This document shows positions 52,876 to 64,000 of a stretch of DNA of 64,000 bases, piece after piece; position 1 is the first letter of the stretch; each line of letters opens with the position of its first letter. This DNA comes from Felis catus (lineage: Eukaryota). The stretch covers positions 60,638,001 through 60,702,000 of the forward strand of contig NC_058368.1 in the NCBI RefSeq assembly GCF_018350175.1, read 5' to 3'. Both the position numbers and the translations under genes were made by a program. The notes under the pieces are model-generated. The model saw only the letters and a program-made list of their open reading frames with translations, was not told where the DNA came from and made no database searches.

Positions 52876-53099
52876 TAAATATATATGTTTAATGGCAATA
52901 ATAAATTATTCTACCCAGCCAAACTGGTTTTTCTTGCAAATTCTTCCTTTAACCTTCATGAAAACCTGTCCCAAATTTCAGTATATATGCACATAGGTAC
53001 AGACGTGGCCACTTAAGTGTTTCTCAGTATGTCCTGTTCAATGCCACTATATTCACCTTGATCCAAATTAACACATTAATATATTATGTATATGATACT

Positions 53100-53455
53100 A
53101 TTAACGTATATTTGTGTGTGTTTATAGATAGAGGAATTGGTTCACATAATTACTGGGGCTGGCAAGTATGAAATCCATGAGGCAAGCTGGAAACTCAGGA
53201 AGATTTCTGTGCTGAAGGCTTGAGGAAAATTTTCTTCCTTCCTGAGAAACCTCCAATTGTACTCTTAAGGTCTTCAACCCATTGAATGGGCTCACCTACA
53301 TCCTCCAGGGTAATTTGCTTAAAATGAACTGATTTTTCATCTCTGATTTTTTAGCATTTCTACAAAAATCCTTCATAGCAATAAATAGACTAGTGTTCAA
53401 TCAAACATCCAGACAACATACCCCAGCAAAGTCGATATTTGATATTAACCATGAC
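53100..53455 (-). mobile_element. ERVL LTR, MLT2-like
   Basis: ggaattggttcacataattactggggctggcaagtatgaaatcc...ctcttaaggtcttcaac...attaaccatgac. Confidence 0.7.
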
Positions 53456-53462
53456 TTATGCT

Positions 53463-53512
53463 CTATATAAATTATTATTTATATTATACATATATATATG
53501 TATATATTATAC

Positions 53513-53543
<31 letters not shown>

Positions 53544-53562
53544 ATATATATATTATTATATT
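53463..53562. repeat. (TA)n-rich repeat
   Basis: Seen directly; a second (TA)n run lies at ~53905-53935. Confidence 0.9.
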
Positions 53563-53901
53563 AAACATACTTTCCCTAACCATCCTTAAGACTTTTATTT
53601 AGTTATACATTGCATTTTCCAGTTACTCAAAAATATTTTAAACATAGAGAAAGGAAAGGAAAGTATAGGATTATCCAAAAGTAAGCTTGATAGTTGTATA
53701 AAATGTTACATTATGTAGAAGTCAGTTTTTAAGAGTTAAATTCTGCATTGCATTTCATACCCATGTATTTAGGGAAAGGTAAAAAAAATGCCTTCTAAGA
53801 GAAGATTTCAGCCTATTATAAAATATTTGACATTCACTATTAAAATCCTTAATTTCTTTTGATTTTTATTGCTCTAATTTATTGTACTATACTCATTGTA
53901 A

Positions 53902-53938
<37 letters not shown>

Positions 53939-54225
53939 AAACTTGGATTTAGTTTATAAAATTAATCTAATAGAAATTAACTGCTTCTCATGTAGAAATA
54001 CAATCCAAATTTCAAAGCCATCTCCACAAAATTTTTTAGGAAAGCCTTTTCTTAATCAAACAGTACCTTTATATAGAGTTCATGAAGTTCATGAAGAACA
54101 CACAGATCCAGAAACACACACTAAAATGGAATTTGTTACACACGCTAATATGGAAATTGTTAGACACGCACATACACAAAGACAGACACACACATGGAAT
54201 AGAAGTTATTAGAATGCTTGGCAAT

Positions 54226-54630
54226 TGTTCTAGTTTCATTTGGCTTGAGGTGTTATAACAAAATACCATAAACTCGGTGGCTTGTGTAACTGACATTTGT
54301 TTCTCAGTTTTGGAGGCTGGAAGGTCCAAGATCAAGGTGCCAGCAAATTTGGTATCTGGTGAGAGCCCTCTTCCTGGTTTGCAGACAGCCACCTTCTTGC
54401 TATATACTCACCTTATGGAGAGAGAGAGAAAGAGAGAGGGAGAGAACAAGAGAACAAAATTCTCTCGTCTCTTCTGACAAGGGCACTAATTCCATTCTGA
54501 GGAACTTACCCTTATGAGCCCTTCTAAACCTGATGATCTCCCAAAGCCCCCAGCTCCTAATACCATCACTTTGGGGGTTACAGCTTCAGCATATGAATTT
54601 TGGGGAGACACAAACATTCAGTCCATAACA
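54226..54630 (-). mobile_element. MaLR solo LTR (MLT1A-like), near full length
   Basis: tataacaaaataccataaact...ggaggctggaaggtccaagatcaaggtgccagca...atatgaattttggggagacacaaacattcagtccataaca. Confidence 0.88.
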
Positions 54631-55803
54631 GTGCTCATTCCCTGTTTGTCATTTCTCCAACCTTCTCCATGAGGTAAAAACATGTATACGTTTCATGGAC
54701 ATTCTTTTCTGTGTTTTCAGAGAACTTTGTACCTCTCACTAATGTTAATATTTATCAAAATAAATAATTATAGAGTTTTCCACCACACTTACAATTGAAT
54801 AAAGAGATGAGCCACTCTGCAACAGTCATCTTTATGTGTCCAGCCATGGTTATCAATAGATGTGATTATCAATATATTTTACAAAATCAAATATTAAAAT
54901 ATATTTCTTTGCCTTCATTACTATTTATTAACACTGCTATTTATCTTACATCCTACATTTGCCTTTTAGGTCCTTGACTATAGTAGTTTTATACAGATTC
55001 CTGATGGAAGATAGAAACTGACTCTATCTTAGTCAATTCATTTATGTCATTCCAAGTGCCTCATATAAATAAACAAAAATATCTTATTGAATGATTATAG
55101 GGACAAAAAATTTAAACATGTCTAGAAATATCTTCATTTTTAGCAAAATGGGACACCTCTAGAAGTGCCTAGATTTCCTATGGCTGCTAAATGTATAGCC
55201 ATAATTAAAGATTGCCTATTCCAGTCCTCCAGTGTGATCAACTGCTCTGAGTACTCTTAATAGAACTAAAGAAAATAACGTGCTCCATTTATTGAGATCA
55301 TGGACAGACTTGTGTCTCCAATATCTAGCAGGTCTTTTTTTCAGGAATTGGCACTTCATTTAATAAGATTTAAAAGGTGACAATTTGAAGAGTGATTGAA
55401 AAGAGCCTCACGTCCATTGTGGGCTCATAGTTTTAACTAAAATCAGAAGAAGAAAAATAGAAAAGGCACAGACAATATGGGAAAACAAGTGTCTGTGTGT
55501 GGGTGAGTGTACACATGTATTTCACACTATCACACCTGTTTCAGGTCCAAAGTGTTCAATGGCAACTCCACCTTTAACACTGCCAGGACCAGGCTGCAGC
55601 CCCACAGACACATGCCTCACAGGCACACGCCTGCTCAGCACATACCCCATGGACACACATGCATTTCTCTAGCATATTTTTGGTGATGGTTGTTATGCAT
55701 TGATTCATTTTGGATCACTATTATTTAATTGGCCTCAATTTTGGTGTTTTTTAAATGCAGAAACAAGAAAAAGGCTGATATTTTTTTTCTAATAGTGCTA
55801 TCT

Positions 55804-56023
55804 TTTTTAAAAAAAATTTTGTTTAATGTTTATTTATTTTTGAGACCGAAAGAGAGCCAGAGCATGAGAGGGGGAGGGGCAGAGGGAGACACAGAATCCA
55901 AAGCAGGCTCCAGGCTCTGAGCTGTCAGTACAGAGACATCCACGGGGCTTGAACTCACAAACCACTGGATGACGACCTGGGCTAAAGTCAGACGTTTAAC
56001 CAACTGAGCAACTCAGGTGCCCC
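55804..56023 (-). mobile_element. Can-SINE
   Basis: Perfect 16-bp TSD tctaatagtgctatct at 55788-55803 and 56024-56039. Confidence 0.95.
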
Positions 56024-56134
56024 TCTAATAGTGCTATCTACACAGTAAAACAAGAGAACAAGACGCCTGCCTCCGCAGTCTGGCCCTGTATTCATGGTCT
56101 TCTTTGAGAGTTTGTCCCACTCTTGTTCATTTAA

Positions 56135-56378
56135 AAAAAATAACTTTTTAAATGTTTATTTTTGAGAGAGACAGAAACAGAGACAGAGAGAGAGAGACAG
56201 AGCGTGAGCGGGGGAGGGGCAGAAACAGAGGGAGACACAGAATCCAAAGCAGGTTTCAAGCTCTGAGCTGTCAGAACGGAGCCCAATTGGGGGGGGGGGG
56301 GGCTCGAACCCACTGGCTGTGAGATCATGACCTGAGCTAAAGTCAGACACTTAACTGACTGAGCCACCCAGGTGCCCC
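56135..56378 (-). mobile_element. Can-SINE with expanded internal G run
   Basis: Revcomp head, poly-G at ~56289-56302; degenerate TSD actc(ttg/ata)ttcattt. Confidence 0.93.
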
Positions 56379-59300
56379 ACTCATATTCATTTTTAACTTG
56401 TACTGTTTCATACAGATTCCCTTCTGCCAGTGGCTTATTTTCCAATCAGTTTTGAACAGTTAATAATGTGCTGAAAACAGAGATGTAAATATTATTATCT
56501 TTTTTTATCCTGCATAGGGAAATAAAGATAAGATGAATCAAACAAATTTTTTTTTTACTTGGTCTTAATGGTTAATACAAATTAATACCTAATTCATTTA
56601 CTTAGAAGATTGTATTCTGTCACTAACTTCTACTCCTGAGGCAATATTACATTATATGTTAACTAACTACAAGTAATTTAAAAAATGGTACAAAAAATAA
56701 AAATTTCTGATATGACTGAAAAAAGAAAACAAGATTTCATTCAAAACTAAAACATGGTTTTCTGTATTTCCATAGTGAGATAACAGCATTCTTTATGAAA
56801 TCCCCTTTCCAGTATTTTACAGATTTCTAAACGGTTTTTAATTATTAATTTAATTTCACTTCCTGCTCTCTCCACCTTTCTGGATTACTGAGTTACATAA
56901 TTTGAAATATTCAGAGCCTTTGCCAAGAATTAAAGCCAATCTTTCCTGTGACCTCTCATTGAACCATAAATACAGGATTTATATGATTTCTTCATATTTC
57001 TGAATGCTAGGCTGAATAGCATTTGCTATTAAGTATCCATTTGTGGTGCTTTTGTTCTTTGAAGTTTAAGACATCAAATATCATTTTTGCTTAATATTTG
57101 CTAAAGTATTTTAACTTATGGAAATTTAGGTAACAGAAGTATTTGTTAAAAATAACTGACATCTTTTCCTTACAATTCTTTTGTGCTAAATCTACATATG
57201 AATGTACTTTAAATCTCCTCTTCCTCAGCTAATTCAGAGACTAAGAGAATTGTGAAAATGTAGTGTATAATTCAAAGTTCATGCTGCATTTTGAGGGGAA
57301 AAGGGAGATTAATGAAGTCAAACTCTTTGTTTTAGGGGAAAATGAAGCCTACTGAGAAATGCTTCTAAATGGTGCATAACTGTTTTATGAATCAGGCAGA
57401 ATGAGTTGGTGTAGGGTTATAAAACAATTAATGTTATTCATTGGGCCTAGAGTAGTAAAGTAAGAGTTCAGTGCTAATAGCATTTCATCACTGGAAGTAC
57501 CAGAGAACAAGAACCTATTTATCATTGAGCTCTAACTGCAAGTACAATTTATGGCTGGAAGTTTTTGTTTCTGTTATGCTGATAGAACAAATAAAATGTG
57601 TGAAGAATTAATTTTCTGAAAGCCAGGTCAACAATGAAGACATTTAAAAAGGATAGGACAAAACAGGAAAGAAATTGCTTTAATGCTTAGTCACATTGAT
57701 GAACTGTGTTATCAAACTAAATTAATCAATTCAGCAGTAATTTGAACATCTCTTTGAATTTTCAATGAATAAAATATAACATAAGTCACTGGAGATAAAA
57801 ATAAAAGACTTTTAAATGTATATTCATTAGTTTACAGTGTGCAACATATAATGACGGACTTCATTTACTGTATGCAGTTTGCTTGAGTAAATTACCAGAA
57901 GCCTCTAAAGGAATTGAAGCACACCCAACATTAAATGGATACAGCAGACACTACTAATTACGAGAACATTTTAATATTTAGGAGACTCTATTATTCACTG
58001 GGCAGAGAATATACACAAACAGTCACATTACACATTTTTATGGCAGGACTGAAAACATTTTAATATTAAAGTCAGAAATGAGAACAACATTTTAGAAGAA
58101 ACAAAATGGAGAGAAAAATCATAATATATATTACCTCATTGCATAATGGTGCAAAGTTTATGGCCTGAACTATGAAGTAATTGTGTATTCCACTGCCTGC
58201 CTAGATGTGATAGGGTGAAAAGCTTGAGCTTAGAGTGGTAAAAGAGATTTTTGGAGCAAGATAAAAATGTGTTAAATGCTGCCAAATCTGGATTTCAAGT
58301 CTCTATAACTAGATTTTATGTTATACAGTAGTATAATTTGACAAAGTGATAATAGACTTCAGTGAGAGGAGAACCAAATTACACTGGCTCTGAATAGAAA
58401 ATCTCATTTGAAGACTCAACTACTCTCGTGTTTAGCTAGAGTATTACACTTTAATGAGAAACAGGCACTCAGATGCCAATCAGCAAGTCTAGACACTATT
58501 TCAATATTGTGTGACCAGATGAGAACTCTAAATTTGATTCTCATGTCCTGAGAATTAATATTCAACATTCATGGTGTAATAGACCTTCATACATTTCCCC
58601 TGTCCTGCTGTGAAAGAAAGGTATTTCTGCCTCTGTTCTTTCACATTCTTACCCACAGATGCTTTGATACTGATATATTTCTAATCATGGAATTCACTTG
58701 CTTAAGCTTTATCAGTGGATTCTAATTATTTTCAGGATTCAGTTTAGAATCCTTAACATTATCCACAAAGTGTTCCATCATCAGATCCCCATTAACTTTC
58801 CAGATTTATCTTCTATCCATATATAGTGATTGCCATGAAAATGTTTAAACACTGGTACATCACAGCCATGGAACTGCCAGAAGAGATTCCAACCAATGAC
58901 CTCATTCTGTGCTAGGCATCCTCTCTTGAGTTTTTTGGATATTGGGTGGTTGGGGATTTCTAGGTAGAACTAGGAGTACATGAGGGGCTCAGTGTAAAGA
59001 CATTTATTTGTCTTTCCTCATATATATAAAACTAGCAGTCCTTCTGGGTTCCAGTTACACTAATACTTCCTCTGACATACAGGTTTATTAAACTCCTTCC
59101 AATCACTGGGATCTTCATACCTATTGTTTCCTCTTCCTGAAGACCTGTTCTACCCTGTAACATTTTTACCTGGCTAAGTATTACACATCTTCCAAGTGTC
59201 AAACTCAGTGTTACTTGATCTTCACCAGCCTGGATTAATTTTGTCCAGTTGTTTTCCTCATATACTATCCTGTACTTGGCTTGCACACAAGAAAGATGTT

Positions 59301-59436
59301 ACTTCATATTATTTAAATAATTACTTATCCTCATTTTCTTACTCTAAAGCAGTGATGTGTTGTTGTTTGTTTTTGTTTTTGTTTTTTAGTGGTGCTCTAA
59401 CCACCTGGATTCATAATTTTAAATGCCAGTTCTGGG

Positions 59437-59670
59437 TGGGATGCCTGGGTGGCTCAGCTGGTTAAGCATCCAACTTCAGTTCAGGACATGATCTCACAGT
59501 CTGTGAGTTTGAGCCTTGAGTCAGGCTCTGTGCCAACAGCTCAGAGACTGGAGCCTGCCTCAGATCCTGTGTTTCCTTCTCTTTATGTCCCTCCCCACTT
59601 GCTCGCGTGTGCACACTCTCTCTCTCAAAAAGAAAATTAAGAAATTAAAAAAAAATTAAAAATAATTAAA
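59437..59670 (+). mobile_element. Can-SINE
   Basis: gggatgcctgggtggctcagctggttaagc head, body, A tail. Confidence 0.93.
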
Positions 59671-59766
59671 ATCCCAATTCTTGGAGTCCACTCTATGGTT
59701 AATTTATCATATTATTTTTGCTATGGCTCAAGCATTGACAATTTAACAAGATTCTTGGTGATTCTT

Positions 59767-59985
59767 TTTTTTTAAATTGTTTTTCACGTTTATTTAATTT
59801 TGAGAGACAGAGAGACTGAGCATGAGCAGGAGAGGGGCAGAGAGATTGGAAGACACAGAATCCGAAGCAGGCTCCAGGCTCTGAGCTGTCCTCACAGAGC
59901 CCAATGCGGGGCTAGAACTCAAACTGTAAGATCATGAGCTGGGCTGAATTTGGATGCTTAACCAACAGAGCCACCCAGGAGCCCC
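59767..59985 (-). mobile_element. Can-SINE
   Basis: Perfect 17-bp TSD gattcttggtgattctt at 59750-59766 and 59986-60002. Confidence 0.95.
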
Positions 59986-61354
59986 GATTCTTGGTGATTC
60001 TTAATGTAAATTACAATTTAGGAACTAAGTTGAAGACAGCACTTAAGTTCCCAGTATTAAATCACCTAGCACAGAGCTTAGCACACAATTGTTACTTAAA
60101 ATACCACTGAATGAATGTTAGGAGTGCACGTTTAGGGTTTATTTTCAAGTGTCACTTTGTGAAATTAGATATTATGTAATGATCTGGGAATTGAGTTAAA
60201 GATGGGATATAATAAAATTTTATGCTATATTGCAATAGTCACTGATGCTGAATTCTTCAATAGGAGAGGTTTCCTGCTTCAAAGTCCCTGCGGGGCAGAT
60301 GCCATAAAATAAGCTGTCAATTATTGGTCAGTGTTATTCTATCACTTCCTACACGTTTCTTATTCTCCTTCTTCCTCCTCCCTTTCCCTCTCCTGCTCTC
60401 CCTCTTTCTCCTTCATCTTTTTTTTTTCCTATTTAGATGTTACTTTTTCTTCCCTCCCTAACTCCTCAATCTGTATGTTAGATTTCTCTGGTTCCCACTG
60501 GTCCCCAAGTAGATGGTTTCAATCTCCTCTACACAGTCAAGCCTAAGAAAATAATAAAGAAAATAGTGTGTATAAAAACCAAAACACTGAAAATGTAAAG
60601 TTCTATATCAATACTGATTACTGTTTTGATATATAAATTAGAGGGCTACATTTTTAGCATTAGTGATGACCTTTTTATACTTACAAATTTATACAAGTCA
60701 AATAAGAGAGAATTCTGGAATCAATTAAGTTTGGAGCAACAAGATCTACACATGCATCTCATAAGGTATTTTGAGATTCAGTTAAGTTTTGAGGTTCATT
60801 TAAGTTAGTTATAAAGGCTTTGTAAACTGTCATTTACTTTGACATATATAATCATGGTCTTACATAGGGAAACTCCCAAATAGTTCATTGGATATAATTA
60901 TCATTCAAGAAAAGCCATGCACAATATCTATATATCTGTGAGTAAAAGATATGTAATTTTTCTGTTTCTGGGAATGTTAATGTAAAAATAATAAAATACT
61001 AGGTTATGAAAAACCTTAGAAATCTTCTAGTCTAAATAATAATTGTACAGCTATATATGAGGAACTTAAGGATTTGGCTAGTTCAGTGATTTGTCTAACT
61101 CAGATGAAGCATAAATTAGACAAGAATGCATAACTCCTGACTCCCAGTGGAATTCTCAACTTCACCACATGATGAAGGATTTATACAAATATACCTAATT
61201 ATCAAAAGTGTCTAAAGCCTATGTCACTCACAGAGAGTATGCAGAGCTAAGTCTATTTAAGTTTCCAAGCAAGGATCTTGGAATTATTTTCCTATTATTA
61301 GAATTTACCAAATGATAGATCTTTTCAAGCAATTAGCTTAAATATCATGTTTCA

Positions 61355-61808
61355 CTTTATAAAAATTACTTGAGTATAGTTGACACATAATGTTACATTA
61401 GTGTACAACATAGTGATTTAACAGCTCTGTACATTATACTATGCCCCCCCCACAAGTGTGGCTACCTTCTATCACCATACAGTGCTATTACAGTATCATT
61501 AACTATATTCCCTATGCTGTAACTTTTGTTCCCATGATTTATTTATTCCGTAACTTGAAGTCCCTCCTCATTTTACTCTTTTCCTTCTGGCAACCAACAG
61601 TTTTTTATCCATATTTATAGGTCTGATTCTGATTGTTTTGTTCATTAGTTTTGTTTTTTAGATTCCACATATCAGTGAAATCATATGGCATTTGTCTTTC
61701 TCAGTCTGACTTATCTCACTTACCACAATACCTTCTAGGTCCATTGATGTTGCCACAAATGGCATTGTCTCATCCTCTTCTATGGCTGCGTAATATTATA
61801 GTGTGTGT

Positions 61809-61856
<48 letters not shown>

Positions 61857-62495
61857 CACATACTACTTATCCATTTGTCTATGGACACTTAAGTTGCTTC
61901 CAGGTCTTGACTACTGTAAATAATTCTCCAATAAACATTGTGGTACATCTATCTTTTCAAATTAGAGTTTTGTTTTCTTTGCATAAATACTCAGTAGTGA
62001 AATTGTTGGATCATATGGTATTTCTATTTTTAAGTTTTGGGGAAACTTCATACTGTTTTCCACAGTGGCTGTACCAATTTATGTCCCACGAACAGTACAT
62101 GAGAAATGTGTTTTCCTCCACAGCATCGCTATTTCTTGTCTTTTTGACTTTAGCCATTCTGACAGGTGTGTAGTGTTATCTCATGTGGCTTGATTTTCAT
62201 TTTTCTGATGATGACTGATGTTGAACATCCTTTCGTGTATCTGTTGGCCATCAGTATGTCTTCTTCTGAAACCTGTGTATTAAGGTCCTCTGACCCTTTA
62301 ATCATATTGATTTTATGGGGGGGTGTTGAGTTGTATAAATTATTTATATATTTTGGATATTGTCCCCTTATTAGATACATCATTTGAAAATATTTTCTCT
62401 CATTGGTAGGTAGTCTTTTTGTTTTGTTGATGGTTTCTTTCACTGTGCAAAATCTTTTTATTTTGATGTAGGCCCAATAGTTTATTTTCATTTCA
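61355..62495 (-). mobile_element. Carnivore L1 (3'UTR and ORF2 3' end), degraded, containing (TG)n at 61801-61853
   Basis: tatagttgacacataatgttacattag...tagattccacatatcagtgaaatcatatgg...ttagccattctgacaggtgtg; minus-strand ORF retains IKIKRFCTVKETINKTKR. Confidence 0.9.
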
Positions 62496-62756
62496 GTTTT
62501 ATAAGCTACAAATTTAACAGACATATAAACTATCTCATTTTCACTTAGATGAAAATTGCCACTAAAATAAATGCTATAAATCTTCTTTGTTATAATTAGA
62601 GATATACTCATTCTTGTAAAAGAAGGATGAGTTCCTTTTGACAAAAGTCAAGGTGCAAGGATCATTGGCACTTTCTGGTATTTATGTGAATACAGGAATA
62701 TTTCAAATGGGTTTGTAAAATATGCCCTAACTTCTCTGCATGTAATATGGATACAC

Positions 62757-62793
62757 TTTCTTTCTTTCTTCCTTTCTTTCTCTTTCTTTCTTT

Positions 62794-62849
<56 letters not shown>

Positions 62850-62890
62850 TCCTCCTTTCCTCCTTTCCTTCCCTTTCCTCTTTTCTTTTT
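62757..62890. repeat. (TTTC)n microsatellite
   Basis: Seen directly in the sequence. Confidence 0.95.
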
Positions 62891-63072
62891 ATTGTTGTAA
62901 GGATCTATCCTTCCTTAAAACAGATACATGCCTTAGGGTGATGATTTTCACATTGTTTTATTAAGGGCTCTTACAAATACAAAGAAACTTTGCTGCTGCT
63001 TCTAGAGGGACAGTCCACGATGGGGTTAACTCACTGAGTCTCCAATCAGAGAACTTGAAAGATGATAGTCAA

Positions 63073-63280
63073 GTGGCGTCTGGGTGGTTCAGTTGGTTTA
63101 GCATCTGACTCTTGATTTCGGCTCAGGTCATAATCCCAGGTTTAGTGATTTTTGAGCCCTGCATTGTGCTCAGTGCTGACAGCATTGAGCCTGCTTAGAA
63201 TTTTCTCTCTCGGCCTCTCCCCTACTCACATGCTCTCTCTCTCTCTCTCAAAATAAACATTTACAAATATTAAAAAAAAA
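63073..63280 (+). mobile_element. Can-SINE (older)
   Basis: ggcgtctgggtggttcagttggtt..., CT tract, A tail. Confidence 0.9.
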
Positions 63281-63482
63281 CCCATCTCTACAATTACAAT
63301 GACATGGATGATGAAAAGAAAACTATAATGCTATAGTACAAATATTAATCACCATCTCAGGACTACAGGTTACTCTCTCCACTTTATTACCCCATATTTT
63401 ACAGACTAAATATGTGTGCAATTTTAACAGAAGAAGAACATGGATGCTCATTTTAAATGGGTGTAAGTTGTTTTAGAAATTA

Positions 63483-63750
63483 GGGGCGCCTGGGTGGCGC
63501 AGTCGGTTAAGCGTCCAACTTCAGCCAGGTCCGATCTCGCGGTCCGTGAGTTCGAGCCCCGTGTCAGGCTCTGGGCTGATGGCTCAGAGCCTGGAGCCTG
63601 TTTCCCATTCTGTGTCTCCCTCTCTCTCTGCCCCTCCCCCGTTCATGCTCTGTCTCTCTCTGTCCCAAAAATAAATAAACGTTGAAAAAAAAATTAAAAA
63701 AAAAATTTAATAAAAAAAAATTTTTAAAAAGAAATTAAAATTAAAAAAAA
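63483..63750 (+). mobile_element. Young SINEC_Fc with long patterned A/T tail
   Basis: Near-consensus CpG-rich body; TSD-like agaaatta. Confidence 0.96.
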
Positions 63751-63814
63751 ATCCCACAATATATACTTATTTGACTGCCTCAATGTGCTGGTGCTAGAAA
63801 TAATAAAAAAAGAT

Positions 63815-63998
63815 GGGAGTGTGGATGGTTCAGTCAGTTAAACATCTAACTCTTGATTTTGGCTCAGGTCATGATCGCACGGCTCATGGGTTCAAGCCCC
63901 ATAAGGGATTCTTGCTCGCCCTTTCCCTCTGCCCGCCCCCCCCCCACCCCTGACTCGTGTGTGCGCACTTTCTCTCAAAATAAATATACTTAAAAAAA
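63815..63998 (+). mobile_element. Can-SINE with internal deletion
   Basis: ggatggttcagtcagttaaacatctaactcttgattttggctcaggtcatgatc, aaaataaat tail. Confidence 0.88.
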
Positions 63999-64000
63999 GA

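Larger units (their letters stand above)
59350..60032. mobile_element. MER5-like hAT fossil split by two SINEs
   Basis: ttttaaatgccagttct...tttaacaagattcttggtgattcttaatgta...ttaggaacta, resembling the MER5 palindromic body. Confidence 0.45.

Noticed and set aside
1523..63998. SINE heads as tRNA genes, or recurring SINE peptides as a gene family or CRISPR-like array
   Set aside because: These are tRNA-derived Can-SINEs with CT tracts, A tails and TSDs, dispersed irregularly in eukaryotic DNA
1..64000. L1 strand bias as an indicator of host-gene direction
   Set aside because: L1 fragments are split roughly evenly between strands, so this is uninformative

Overview
AT-rich, repeat-dense mammalian genomic DNA from a felid, most likely domestic cat or a close relative. 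The basis is about 28 tRNA-derived Can-SINE (SINEC) copies, including three young SINEC_Fc-type copies, and a young cat-type L1. I see no intact cellular protein-coding exon. The only long ORF (5311-6408) is the C-terminal part of L1 ORF2, and the other ORFs fall in SINEs, microsatellites, antisense L1 or AT-rich background. The window also holds older L1M/L1_Carn, L2, MIR, ERV1/ERVL/MaLR solo LTRs and Tigger/Charlie DNA-transposon fossils. Family names come from recalled consensus motifs, not a database search. It looks like a large intron or intergenic region. The main non-repeat signals are a candidate non-coding minus-strand exon (~32906-33096) and a strong CTCF motif (3172-3190). Other oddities are retrotransposition and recombination architecture: a young L1 with lesions clustered at its 5' end, two L1 3' ends inside one TSD, an orphan RT fragment and a closely spaced inverted SINE pair. 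I found no convincing evidence for a new biological system.
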